64,000 nucleotides of DNA from the human T2T-CHM13v2.0 reference genome, Homo sapiens (GCF_009914755.1 NC_060941.1), one strand, 5' to 3'; positions 1 through 51,453 are shown, counted from the first letter of the stretch. Numbers and translations are program-made. Notes: generated by a model from the letters alone, not told the origin.

Positions 1-1650
<1,650 letters not shown>

Positions 1651-1833
1651 TGAGTGAGGAATCAGGTTTCAGGACCCTCAATGTTGACAACTAACATTTT
1701 ACCCTTGAGATTTTACCTAGAGATACCGAAAGAAAAGATAACATCTGAATACAAGAATCGCGTTGCATATTTGCTGCCTCCATAGGGTTGTTGTGGTAGC
1801 GACTGATTTTCCACCCCTCCCAGTTTGGTGGTG

Positions 1834-1864
1834 TTTGTTTGTTTGTTTGTTTGTTTGTTTGTTT
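1834..1864. repeat. (GTTT)n microsatellite
   Basis: About 8 units. Confidence 0.9.
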
Positions 1865-2266
1865 TAAGTAAAATGTCAGAAATGCAAAAATGCTGCATTT
1901 ATTTCCCTTAAGACATTGAAAATAGTGGAAGTTTGCAGATTTTTAATTCTTCGTAGGTCTGAGCTGGCACTAGACTGCTACCAAAGGGGTCTGTTCCACA
2001 CGCTAATTTCAGGCTTGCGGACCATCAGCAAACTGCAATGAAACCTGTGGACATGAATCTTCCAGAGTGGTAGAATCTCATTCCCATATGCCCGCCAAGT
2101 TTCCAGGTGTAGCTGGGAAAACCCAAATGTTCCCTGGATCCCGAGATGGCTAATAAGCACTCAGGCCTGCTACACCACCGAACAGAGCCCCACAGCCAGA
2201 GAGGCACACGGCCTGCTTCACACAGCCGACAACCCCGCCGGAAACAACCAGTGCTGGGAGCCAAGG

Positions 2267-2877
2267 CCAAACTGATGCAAAGGCGCTACTGAGCCAGAGC
2301 CCTTCTGCACCGAGACTACCCCAGGCATGCACCGCCCTCCCAAAGGTCCAAAACGATGCAAAGGCGCTACTGAGCCAGAGTCGTGCACTGAGACTACCCC
2401 AGGCATGCACCGCCCTCCCGAAGGTCCAAACCAATGCAAAGGCGCTACTGAGCCAGAGTCCTGCATTGAGACTACCCCAGACATGTACTGCCCTCCCGAA
2501 GGTCCAAACCAATGCAAAGGTGCTATTGAGCCAGAGTCCTGCACTGAGACTACCCCAGGCGTGTACCACCCTCCGGAAGGTCCAAACCGATGCAAAGCCA
2601 CTATTGAGCCAGAGTCCTTCTGCACCGCCCTCCCGAAGGTCCAAACTGATGCAAAGGTGCTACTGAGCCAGAGTCCTTCTGCACCGAGACTACCCCAGGC
2701 ATGCACTGCCTTCCCGAAGGTCCCAACCAATGCAAAGGCACTATTGAGCCAGAGTCCTGCACTGAGACTACCCCAGACGTGTACCGCCCTCCCGAAGGTC
2801 CAAACCAATGCAAAGGCGCTATTGAGCCAGAGTCCTGCACTGTGACTACCCCAGGTGTGCGCCGCCCTCCTGAAGGT
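2267..2877. repeat. Minisatellite, 78-bp unit, 8 copies (81,78,78,78,59,81,78,78)
   Basis: Unit ccaaaccaatgcaaaggcgctactgagccagagtcctgcactgagactaccccaggcatgcaccgccctcccgaaggt; unit starts 2267, 2348, 2426, 2504, 2582, 2641, 2722, 2800. Confidence 0.95.
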
Positions 2878-2944
2878 GCGTGTGGGTCGACAAGGGTGCA
2901 CAAGCGGCAGGGGGCTGCATAGCAAGGTCTCCTTCAGCTTTGTT

Positions 2945-5113
<2,169 letters not shown>

Positions 5114-5134
5114 CATTTTTTTAAATTTGTTTTT

Positions 5135-5433
5135 GGAGATGAGGTCATGCTGTATTGCCCAGGCTGGAGCGCAGTGGCTATTCACAGGCATGATCCCTCT
5201 ACTGATCAGCAGGACACTTTTGACCTGCTCTGTTTCTGACCTGGGCCGGTTCAGCCCTCCTTAGGCAACCTGGGGGTCCCTCACCCCCCGGAGGTCACCA
5301 CACTGATGCTGAACTTAGTGTAGACATCTCATCAACACAGCACGCTATTGTGCAGAACTCCTGGGCTCAACTCATCTGCCCACCTCAGCCTCCTGAGCAG
5401 CTGAGACTACAGGGGGATACCACAATGCCCAGT
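5135..5433 (-). pseudogene. RN7SL105P: 7SL (SRP) RNA processed pseudogene
   Basis: Alu-like ends enclosing the 7SL-specific S domain (plus strand ...ctgacctgggccggttcagccctccttaggcaacctgg...ggtcaccacactgatgctgaacttagtg...). The family call is firm; the symbol is recalled from this locus and not verified. Confidence 0.85.
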
Positions 5434-5500
5434 CCCCAACTAGAGATGGCTTACATTCCTTCTGAAGCTCCTTTTAGACCCATCTGCCCCCTGCCCTCAC

Positions 5501-5590
5501 CTCCTGCTGTTGCCTTCGGCTGACCTCCCCATGGTCCAGCGCCACAGCATCGGATGGGCTTGCATTTGCCTGTGGACTCCCGTAGGTCAT
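5501..5590 (-). CDS. SLC43A2: Candidate alternative first coding exon of SLC43A2 in intron 5 (MTYGSPQANASPSDAVALDHGEVSRRQQQE)
   Basis: ATG (aggATGA) followed by exactly 30 codons to a strong phase-0 donor GAG/GTGAGG, the same phase as the exon 5 donor; GC-rich patch upstream. Confidence 0.6.
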
Positions 5591-6309
5591 CCTGACATCT
5601 GGGTCACTCCCCACATTCCCCCTCTCGCTCACTCCGTCCCCAGCTTCCCTGCCTCCACCGGTCTCAGCTGCGCATAATGGCTGTTCGAAGCCGCGGTGCC
5701 GGAGTGAGGGCTGAGCGCTGAGCAGAGCGCCCTAGCGCGGGCCTCGAGGGCTGGCGGAGGGGAAGGACCCCAGGAGGGGAAGGACCAGCTTTGCTGCCAA
5801 GCAGGAAGCCGGAGCTGTTTCCTGACTCACCACCACACTCACAGGTGGGAGTGCAAGCCCCTCTCCCAGCCCTCAGGTGCTTCCCACAGCCCCCTCGCCG
5901 CCTCTGCCTCCGTGCGGGTCAACCTGTCCTGCCAGCCCGGGCTGTTCACTCACTGCCTCCACGCAGCCTCAGTCACACAGGGAAGCCCGTGACTCTCTCT
6001 CTTTCAGCCCCCTGGCTGCAGCATAAACAGGCCGGACTGTGTGACCTTCCCAGAGGGGAAAACAGCAGCTGCAGGCGGCCCCTCCCCTGGCATTCTGGCC
6101 ATAGAGCATGACCACCGGACAGGAGTGCCTGCAGGGCCAAGGCCCTGGGACAGTGCGGGCGCGGGAGCTTCTCTAAGATGCCGGACGTACGTGCCTTTTG
6201 GCCCAGGGCAGGCCATGGCATTGCTGGCAGGCAGAAACAAGGGGCAACCGTGGCACCCCCGGCCCTGACTTTCCACATCCACGGACTCCCGAGTCCTCCC
6301 TGGCCTGCA

Positions 6310-6396
6310 GGAGGCTGGGGAGCTGGGTGGTGGGTGGGGGCTGCGGAGCTGGGAGGTGGGTGGGGGCTGGGGAGCTGGGTGGTGGATGGGGGCTGG
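6310..6396 (+). repeat. G-rich tandem repeat, about 25 bp x3 (G-quadruplex-prone)
   Basis: ggggagctgggtggtgggtgggggct repeated. Confidence 0.7.
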
Positions 6397-6890
6397 CATT
6401 CTGGCCCTCGGGTCCCCTCCAGAGGGAGCCTTGTCCCCAAGTGGCTGGAGTACACACCCAGAGTTCTGTACAACCTGCACAGGCCGGGATCCCGGAACCA
6501 GACTGCACAGGTAGACTCTGCCAGGCTGGGCTGTTTCCTACCCACAACAACCGGGCACCTCCAAGCACATGCTGCCCGGGACAAGGTCCTTGTGGTCACC
6601 TTTCTGCTTCAGTGCTGAAGGGAGGAGAAGGGTGTGCTCCCCTCCCCCGGCCACCTCCTGTGCCTTCCCGGCCGGGTCCAGTCCTGCCAATACCGCTGCC
6701 CTTTCCGTCTGAACGTGGTCACATACTGCAGCAAATTCATGAGGCAGAACCCTCAGATGGCAAATTCTCCCCAAACCAATGGCAAGTAGCTGACTGCCTG
6801 AGCTTCCCCAAGGTACAGGACAGAAAGAGAGGAAGGTGGGGAGGCACAGCAGGCACTGGGCACTGGCAAGTCCCGCTCACCAGGCACCTA

Positions 6891-6978
6891 GACCCTCCAG
6901 AGCTGGCCGGGGGCCACCGCGGGACCCTCTCCTGGACCCTCCAGAGCTGGCCGGGGGCCACCGTGGGACCCTCTCCTG
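6891..6978. repeat. 44-bp tandem duplication
   Basis: gaccctccagagctggccgggggccaccg(c/t)gggaccctctcctg x2, one mismatch. Confidence 0.9.
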
Positions 6979-8374
6979 GCTGCAGACGCGGGGTCTACTG
7001 AGCCACGGCACTAAACTCCTGTCCCCTCTCTGGGGGCATCTGCCATCCTGCCCTCCTCTCCAGGATCTGAAGAGGGATGTTTATCCTCTTCACTTCCCTC
7101 AGATCCCACCTCCCATGAAATCATGCCTTCCTCAGGTTTAAAGTCAGACTTGAAGGAATCAAAAGGGAAAATCCACAGAGAAATGTCTCATCGGGGAGCC
7201 TGGCAACATTTTGAAACCCGCTTTTCTGTGTGGCTTCTGCTGAGAAATCCCCATCCCACCCACGGGGACAGGGGTCAGAGTAATGGAGTGGAAATGGCAG
7301 GTTCACAATTTTGGCTACAGCTGCTCCCATCTCTAAGCAACCCAGGCTCCGGGTTGGAGGGTGGCGACCCCAAGATGCGGCCTCAGCCGCCGGCCGTGTT
7401 TGTGCTCCAGCCGATGAAGCGAGTGCAAAGGGCTGTACAAACGCGAGGCACTGAACAAACACTGAGCGTGCCGTCCAGATGTCCCGGGGGAGGCTGAGGA
7501 TCCACACCGTGGGGAGTGCTCTGCCCCCATGGAGTGACCTGGCGTCCGCCCTCCACGGATGGCACGCGATGGCCCAGGCCCTGTGCTGCAGGGCCCTGGG
7601 AGAGCCAGCACTGGCTACTGGGCAGCCTACCTGACGCGACAGCCACCCTTGCCCCTCGGAGCCTCCACTTGGGAGGGAAATACCACCATGGGTGCCGACC
7701 TCTTGGGCTCTGGAAGGATGGCTCATGGCCATCTCCTTCTGGACTACAAGGAAAAGGCGTGTGCCCGCTTGGAGCCCCCTCTCCTACCAGTGGGGGTAAC
7801 AGCTCGCAGCCCCTGGTCATCTGTATTTAGACCACAGCCCATGCAGCACAAAGGCCCCGGGACCCAGGAAGTCCCCGAATTAAGGCTTCCACAGCAACGC
7901 CGTCCCCTAGAGTCCTGGGTTATCACAGAGCTATTATCCACAGCCCCAACATGGTTGTTGAAGATTGGAGTTAGAAATTCCTAAAGGCGACCCTGGAGAC
8001 TCCTTTGTCCCCCAAATTAGAACACGGGTGGGAGACACAAACAGAAAGTGCCATTGTGCCCTGAGCTTGGCGTCTCTGGGAGCTGATCCCGACAGTTCTG
8101 CTTTCTGAAGTCCTGGGTTGTATCAGAATGAGATTCGGCTCTGCTCAGCAGAAGCCCCAGTCAGCCCAAGAGTGTTGCTTAACTGCTTCAGCCCTGTCCT
8201 CACTGACCTCATTTCCCTTTTGGGGTCTGTTCTCAAGGAGCAGGCACTGGAGCCCTCATCAGAGGCCTCAGGGGGCAGGGGAATGCCCATGGAACTCCCT
8301 CCACCCTGGGGGGAGGCAGAAAGAGATGACTTAGAAGGAGAGCTGGCCCATGCAACCAGAGGGTGTGGGTGTGA

Positions 8375-8967
<593 letters not shown>

Positions 8968-9127
8968 CTCTAGATCAAAAAATGAAAACCTTGAAGAACA
9001 AACCAACAGCCTCCCTTAGACAGACCTCTGGTAGCCAAACGCTTCAAATGGTGATCAGGTGACTCTCTTGCCTGGTCACTCTCTAGCCTGTGTAGCTTTT
9101 TGCCTCCAGTGGGAGAGCAAAGAGTGA

Positions 9128-13923
<4,796 letters not shown>

Positions 13924-13960
13924 TTACTGAACTACAGAGCTTTAAAAAATCCGTACTCAC

Positions 13961-28675
<14,715 letters not shown>

Positions 28676-29596
28676 GGTGCGGCGCGGCGCGGCTCCGGCT
28701 CCGGCTCCGGCTCTGCACCACCTGCGCACAGAACTCGGCGTCAGCGGCCGGCCCTTGCCCAGCCCCTGCGGCCGCCCCCAGCAGCCCCGACCGCTGCCGC
28801 AGGGCTCGGGATTGCCACCCCTCCCCGGCCGCGGCGGCCGGTGCGCGCAGCAGAGGAAGCGAACCCCAGCCCTGCCCGGACCTGGGACACCCCGAGCCCG
28901 CGGCCGGCTCGTACCGCTGCCCTCCGCTACGACAGAGCCGCCCCGGCCAGGCAGGGAGACGTCTCCCGCAGCTCACTCCGAGGTAAACTGAGGCATGGAG
29001 GCAAGAAGGGGCTAACGCATGCTCAGGGCCGTGGAACTAGTCCTGGCCTGCAGCAGGACTGACATCGCCTGGGGCCAGCATGGAACGCAGCGTGAGGTGG
29101 GCAGGGGCAGATCCGAGGGCTGCCTCTCCCAGGGACCCTGACAGGTGCCCTCCCGCCCGCGCCCGAGACCCTTCCCCAGAGCTGGTTTCTTCAACCACAA
29201 GATCAGCGCCCAGACCTACGGAACGGCCCGCCCCGGCGCGCTCATTGGCCGGACGGCGCAGGAACTGCCGCGCCATTGGCCGCCGTCTAGGTCGCTAGGC
29301 GCTGCGGCCACGCGAACCCAGCGTGGGAGACGAGGAGCCGGTTCAAACCGGCGGCGCGAGCCAGCCGCGCGACCCCCATCTCGGGCGTTCCCCCGGCAAC
29401 TCGCCCGTTTCCATGGCCTCGGACCCCCGCGCCTCCATTCCCCAGCCCGCATCTGTTCGTCATCTCTTCCCTGGCGGCCCCTCATCGCTCCATCTCTCTC
29501 CTCTTGTTCCCACGTTTTCTCCCTACGCCCCTTCGGCGGCCGCTTCTGCCCCCGCGCCCTCGCCCCGGCCGCGATCCCCTCCCTGCTGCAGCTCAC

Positions 29597-29635
29597 CCGG
29601 CTCCTCCGGCGTGTGTCGGGCCCGCCCGGCGCCTT
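29597..29635 (-). other. SLC43A2: Probable non-coding exon 1 of SLC43A2 (5' end approximate)
   Basis: Strong donor CGG/GTGAGC at 29597/29596 inside the CpG island, just downstream (minus strand) of paired CCAAT boxes and AT-rich boxes. Confidence 0.65.
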
Positions 29636-31245
29636 TTCTGCCCTCTTTTATTCCAGCCCTTTTATTCCGACCCCAAGAAGAAAACACTGCCGCCCGCTGA
29701 TTGGCTGAGCGGGGCTGGAAACAGGCGTCGACCAATCAGCAGCCAGCCCCCCGCCCGCCCCGCCGCGAGCAGAAGCCGGTTCCGGCCGGACTCGGAGACA
29801 AACAAGAGAGATGGGGGACGGGAGGGGCCTGGGCGCTGCGGGCCGGGCCTCGGCTTTGCAGCCTTCAACCCGAGTCACAGCGCGGCCGGGAATCCCCGGC
29901 GACATCGCCCCGCGGCCTCTCCAGCGGCCTGACCCTGCGAGGCTGGGGCTCCGGCTCCGCGTCCCGGCCCCCAGCGGACTCCCCCCAGAAGCCGCCGGGC
30001 CACCAGCGCCCCCAGCCGGGCTCTCCCGCGGCCGCCCCGCCGTCCCCAGCTGCCCCCTGCGCGCGGGTCACCACGCCCAGATGCGCCGGCTCCGCACGGT
30101 GGTTCCACTCTCGAATCCCCACCCCGCCTCCTCCCCACGCAGCGCCGCCGTCCCCGCCGCCTCGGGCTTTGGGTCCTGGTTCCTCGCTCCCCCGCCCCGG
30201 TGGTTCCCGTCCCGGCGTATTCGGGGCCTGGGATCCCGGACCCGGTCCAGCCGTGGCGCCCCCCGCTGATGCACCGACCCCTTCCCCTCTCCCCGGTGGC
30301 GTCTGCCCGGTCCCTGGAAGTTGGCCCTTGGAAATCTGCAAGGGGATTTGGGGCTGGTCTGTCCCGTCCTAGGATGGGGTCTCCTGAGCTCCCCCCATCA
30401 GACTGACCTTTCTCCGCCCGTGTTCACGCACTGCTCGGTCCTCCGGGGACCCTCCACCCTTGATCGTCATCTGGGTGCTCCCTGCCCGCGCTGGCCACCT
30501 TCACCCCGTTCCCCGTCCCTTTCAGGGAAGGTCCCCTCTGCAGGGCGATGCTACGGGCCACGTCCGCCAGCTGGTACAAGCTAGGGAGGGTTCGAGGGGG
30601 CTCCGGGTCCCCGTCTGATAAGCCCGGGCTCCGAAAGCTCAGCTCCCCGTCTTCGTCCCCCGGATTCGAGGCACTAACCCGACCCGGGAAGACCCTCTGA
30701 CTGCCCCAGAATCGCCTTGGTCACCCTGGCTCGCTCCGGGGGGCTGGCTTAGCACCCCAGGGCTGCCGCGCGGTGTCCACGTCTGGAATCCCAGCGGTTT
30801 GGGAGGCTAAGGTCGGAGGGCCACTTGGGGACAGGAGTTTGAGACCAGCCTGGGCAGCATGGCGAGAACCATCTCTACCAAAATAAAAACCAAAAATAAA
30901 ACCCCACCACCACCCCAGGGCTGTGGGAGCCCCAAACGCCTCTTGCTCCACCTGCCCCAGTCCGAGTGTGCCCCCTACTGTCTACAATCCGCCCGGGCCA
31001 CCTGGCGAGGGCAACCTCCCCCAGACAACGCTTGGAGCTGTCAGCCCGCTGGGGGGCGGCTCCAGCTGGTAGCCTACCCGGTTCCTCACCCTGTGGAACC
31101 CTTCCCACTCCCAAGGTTTCAACTGCCATCTGAAAAATCTCTTTCTTCACCCTTCCCTCCTCTTTGAGCAGCCTGACGGCGCTGCAGGGCTCAAACATGC
31201 CTCAAATATCCCCCAGAACTGTCCTCCACATTTTCTCTCAGATAA

Positions 31246-31632
<387 letters not shown>

Positions 31633-32042
31633 TAGGCAGTCGCTGTGATTCTGCCTCTCCCTCACCGCATCCCCATCAAACTGATACAGCTGTATCTCCT
31701 ACATATTTACCTAATCGGTCCATCTGTGCCCTTAGGCCCGCAACTACTGTTGTTGAGCCACCTTCAGATTTCGGTTCCTCAAATCCAGCCCCCATCTCAT
31801 CCCAGGGCACTAAGGGAAATGTAAATGTGACTTCTGCCAAAATCCTTCAGAAACTATTATTTGTAAAACAGGATAAAGTTCCAGTTCCTGGCTGGGCACG
31901 GTGGCTCACACCTGTAATACCAGCACTTCGGGAGGCTGAGGCGGGCAGATCACTTGAGGTCAGGAGTTAAAGACCAGCCTGGCCAACATGGTGAAACCCT
32001 GTCTCTACTAAAAATACAAAAATGGCTGGGCGCGGTGGCTCA

Positions 32043-32586
<544 letters not shown>

Positions 32587-32599
32587 TCACATGGAATTG

Positions 32600-32890
32600 C
32601 CTGTGGTTTCTGCACCTGCTGTTCTCTCTCCTCTAGCTCGCGACATAGCCTCATTTTGGACAGCACCTCCGCTGGGAAGCCTTCCCTAACCACTCCCCAT
32701 TAATACTGTTCACTTTATTTGTCCACTGCTGGCATTGTTTTATAATTAGCTATTCGTCTGTTTGCCTTCCTCTCTAATTGACTATGAACTCTTTGGGGGC
32801 AGGACGGTGTCTTATTCAACTTTGTATGACCAGCCCTTGATAGAGAAGCAAGCACAAAGCAGTTGCACAATATGAGTTTGTGGAATGAAA
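32600..32890. mobile_element. L2 fragment
   Basis: gggaagccttccctaacc...gactatgaactctttgggggcaggac...tgtcttattc, typical of an L2 3' end. Confidence 0.55.
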
Positions 32891-33304
32891 ACATGAACTC
32901 CTGAAAAGGGGCAAATGGCCAGGTGCGGTGGCTCACACCTGGAATCCCAGCACTTTGGGAGGCTGAGGTGGGTGGATCACCTGAGGTCAGGAGTTCGAGA
33001 CCAGCCTGGCCAACATGGCAAAACCCCATCTCTACAAAAAGTACAAAAATTAGCTGGGCATGGTGGTGGGCGCCTGTAATTCCAGCTACTCAGGAGGCTG
33101 AGGCACAAGAATGGCTTGAACCTGGGAGGCGGAGGTTGCAGTGAGCCAAGACGGAAAAGAAACAACCTTAGAATACTCATAGAACTTTAAATTGTAATGA
33201 GATATAATTGTTGATGGCTAAACACACACACAAAAATTATATATACTTTTTAGAAGCTTTAGTGGCTGGGCACAGTGGCTCACACCTGTAATCTCGGCAC
33301 TTTA

Positions 33305-33655
<351 letters not shown>

Positions 33656-33794
33656 TTAAATAATTGTGCTAGATGGAATCTCATGTAGTCATTTTTTAAA
33701 TAAAGAGAGTTAGCTTTACATTTATGGACATTGAACTATATCCAGGATATGTCGTTAAGTAAAAAAGCAAGTTGAGGCTGGCCGCGGTGGCTCA

Positions 33795-34093
<299 letters not shown>

Positions 34094-34096
34094 CTA

Positions 34097-34540
<444 letters not shown>

Positions 34541-34686
34541 CTAGGTAATATGTGAGCAAAGAATTCAAACAAGACCAAAAAGCTGCCAGGGAAAAGTAGA
34601 TTCTACCTCTCTCTTGACCCACAGACGCCTCTGGGGAGAAAGGAAATCTCCGTTTTACTTTATACATGTCTGTAATGTTAGTACTT

Positions 34687-34720
34687 TTTATTTTTTTAAC
34701 AAAGATCATTGCTTTTTATT
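34687..34720 (-). terminator. Probable SCARF1 polyadenylation signals
   Basis: Two AATAAA hexamers on the minus strand (34687-34692, 34715-34720), about 850 nt after the stop. Confidence 0.65.
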
Positions 34721-34974
34721 ATACTTTATCAAATTCAATCTAGTAACAAAAGTAAAAAAGAATGTTCACTGTAGAAAATTTGCAAACTATACAAAAGTTT
34801 CAGAAGAAAATAAATATCACCTACAATCTCATCTTCCAGAGGAAAAAACCATTTAGTGCCTTTCCCTTGAATCTGTTTTTATACACATACATCCTTTTTA
34901 AAAAGTTCATAGACCAGGCGTGGTGGCTCATGCCTGTCATCCCAGCACTTTGGGAGGCCGAGGCAGGTGGATCA

Positions 34975-35252
<278 letters not shown>

Positions 35253-35561
35253 CTATTTCAGAAAAATGTTTTGCACGTGAAAGAAAGAATAGCCCTTATG
35301 AGGCACACAGGGTCCAGGACAGCAGAGCAAAAGTCCCTGCAGGCAACCCTTCCTGACCCCATCCTACAGGGTCTCTGCCCAGGCCTTCCTGGGCCCCTCC
35401 GGGAGCACTGCCAGGGGCCTGGGCCAACTGGCCTGGAAGCCTTGCCTTTTCCCTGTGGAGGCGCAGAGGCTCTGGTTTGTCTGTCCTGGCCCCGGGATCA
35501 TTTTCCAGCACACAGCACAGTCTAGTCCATCCACTCTCCCCACTCCCCAAATTCAAGGTCA

Positions 35562-46487
<10,926 letters not shown>

Positions 46488-46539
46488 GGCAGGCAGCTCG
46501 GTGGGAGCGCTCGGGTTCGTCTGGCCCCCACAGCTCCCA

Positions 46540-46640
46540 ACCCCCTCCCTGCTTCCTCTCAGGGCTTTTCCTGAGGAAACCAGGCCGGAGGGGCGGGCTG
46601 CCACGAGGCACCTCCCTGAGAGGGAGGGGGTGGCTGGAAA
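46540..46640 (-). promoter_or_regulatory. SCARF1 proximal promoter
   Basis: GC box at 46591 and two inverted repeats with 3-nt spacers (46567-46579, 46611-46627) within 150 bp of the ATG. Confidence 0.6.
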
Positions 46641-46962
46641 GACTGACACTCAAAAAAAGAAAGGGAAAGAAAGGCAATGGCAGGGCTGACTGGCCTGGGC
46701 CTGGAAGGGCCAGAAGAATGAAGTTGCAGGTCCCTGGGTGCCGGGGCCAGGGAAGGGGGTGGACTGAGGCTGGGAGCCACGGCTTTCCATCAGGCCACAC
46801 TCCCAAAGCAAGGCCTGAGCTGCAAGAAGCCACCCCACCCAGTGACTGAGCAAGGAGACCAGCGAGGACCCCTCAGCCTGCCTCTGCTCCTGGCAGGGTT
46901 GGGAGGTGGCACAGACATGGACAGACAGGCGAGGAACAGTTTCTGTGTATTACGGGCAGTTC

Positions 46963-46968
46963 TTTATT
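46963..46968 (-). terminator. RILP polyadenylation signal
   Basis: AATAAA about 265 nt after the stop, followed on the minus strand by GT-rich sequence. Confidence 0.75.
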
Positions 46969-47231
46969 ACATGAGCTCAGGCCGTCTGCACAAAGCCCTG
47001 GGAGCTAGGCAGTCAGCTCTCATTTCATGGATGGGGAAACTGAGACTCAGAGAGGCACTCTTATATCTGGCCCCAGAGGCTCGGTACAGAGACGTAGAGA
47101 GGGAGGCGGGCTGAGACCCCGTCCTGCCCTGATGCAGGCCAGGATTGGGGCAGACCCCTGGCGAGGGCTGTGAAGGCGGGAGCCCTGTCCTCATTTGAGG
47201 CCACACATCCTTCCACAGCCAGACCCCTAAG

Positions 47232-50594
<3,363 letters not shown>

Positions 50595-51434
50595 GTCTCC
50601 CAGAGGCTTAGGGCTGCGACCCCCCCACCCCACCCTCCACTGGGACGGGGAAAAGCGAAACAGTTCCGCCCCAGGAAGCCGTTTAGGGCGGTGTGGGCGG
50701 GGTAGAAGCGATAAGGGTAGGGAGGAACGAGGAAGGGAGAAGGCGTGGGGTAGGGAGATAGTGCCCTAGGTCGCCTGGGCTCTGTCCTTTCCACCCCCAA
50801 GGTCACAGGAAACAAGACAGCCAACTTCCAGCCAGGCGTCCAAGAGCTGAGGTTCAGGGCTGCAAGTGGTCACTTGAGTGGAGCCCTCCCCACAGGCCCA
50901 ATCCAGGCTCCGCCCGTTTGGAGTCATGGGGCCAACTTGGCAGTGGCCCGCTCCAGGCGAGAGGTGACAGGTAGGCAGCCGGTCTCTGGCCTCCGCCCGG
51001 CTGTACACAAACTGCCTGCCTGTGTGCTTGTTTTCCTGACCAGGACTGACACAGAAAGCTTAAAGGGCTGGGCTGGACACCGCAGCCGCTCAGCACAAGC
51101 CACAGAGTTCCTAGACCCGGGAAAGGGCAACTGCTCCCAAAACTGTGGAAAGGAGGCGAGAGCTTCCAAGTAGTTTTGTGGAAAAAGCAGCAAATGTGGT
51201 CAAGGCAGCGGAGTGTGAAAGCCCAGCCCTGCCTCAGGTCTCCACTGAGTCCAGGGGCTATCTACCCCAAAGCCCTGAATAGGAAGGGGGCCTCATACTC
51301 CCCCCTTCACAGCCGAGCCCAGCATCTTGCTGTGAACCGCTCCAGTCCAGCCTCCTGTTAGACCTAAATCCAGAATTTGAGTTTGGGGGGGAAAAAAAAA
51401 ACAAACCAGCCCCTGAACTCCTATTTATACAAAA

Positions 51435-51453
51435 TTTATTATTATATTTTATT
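51435..51453 (-). terminator. PRPF8 polyadenylation signals (two AATAAA)
   Basis: tttatt at 51435-51440 and 51448-51453, about 140-155 nt after the stop, with a T/G-rich tract downstream. Confidence 0.8.

Noticed and set aside
2150-2925. Repetitive ORFs on both strands and a CRISPR-like appearance
   Set aside because: Units are contiguous with no unique spacers, there are no cas genes and the DNA is human intron; a frameshifting 59-bp unit argues against coding.
29012-30584. Long Pro/Arg/Gly-rich ORFs in the SLC43A2 promoter
   Set aside because: CpG-island artefacts with no coding signature.
30715-30790. Possible further upstream SLC43A2 first exon (donor AGG/GTGACC at about 30725)
   Set aside because: Moderate donor only, partly Alu-derived, with no independent support from sequence.
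50866-50878. GTCACTTGAG upstream of RILP as a TFEB CLEAR element
   Set aside because: Two mismatches to GTCACGTGAC, one in the core; too weak to call.
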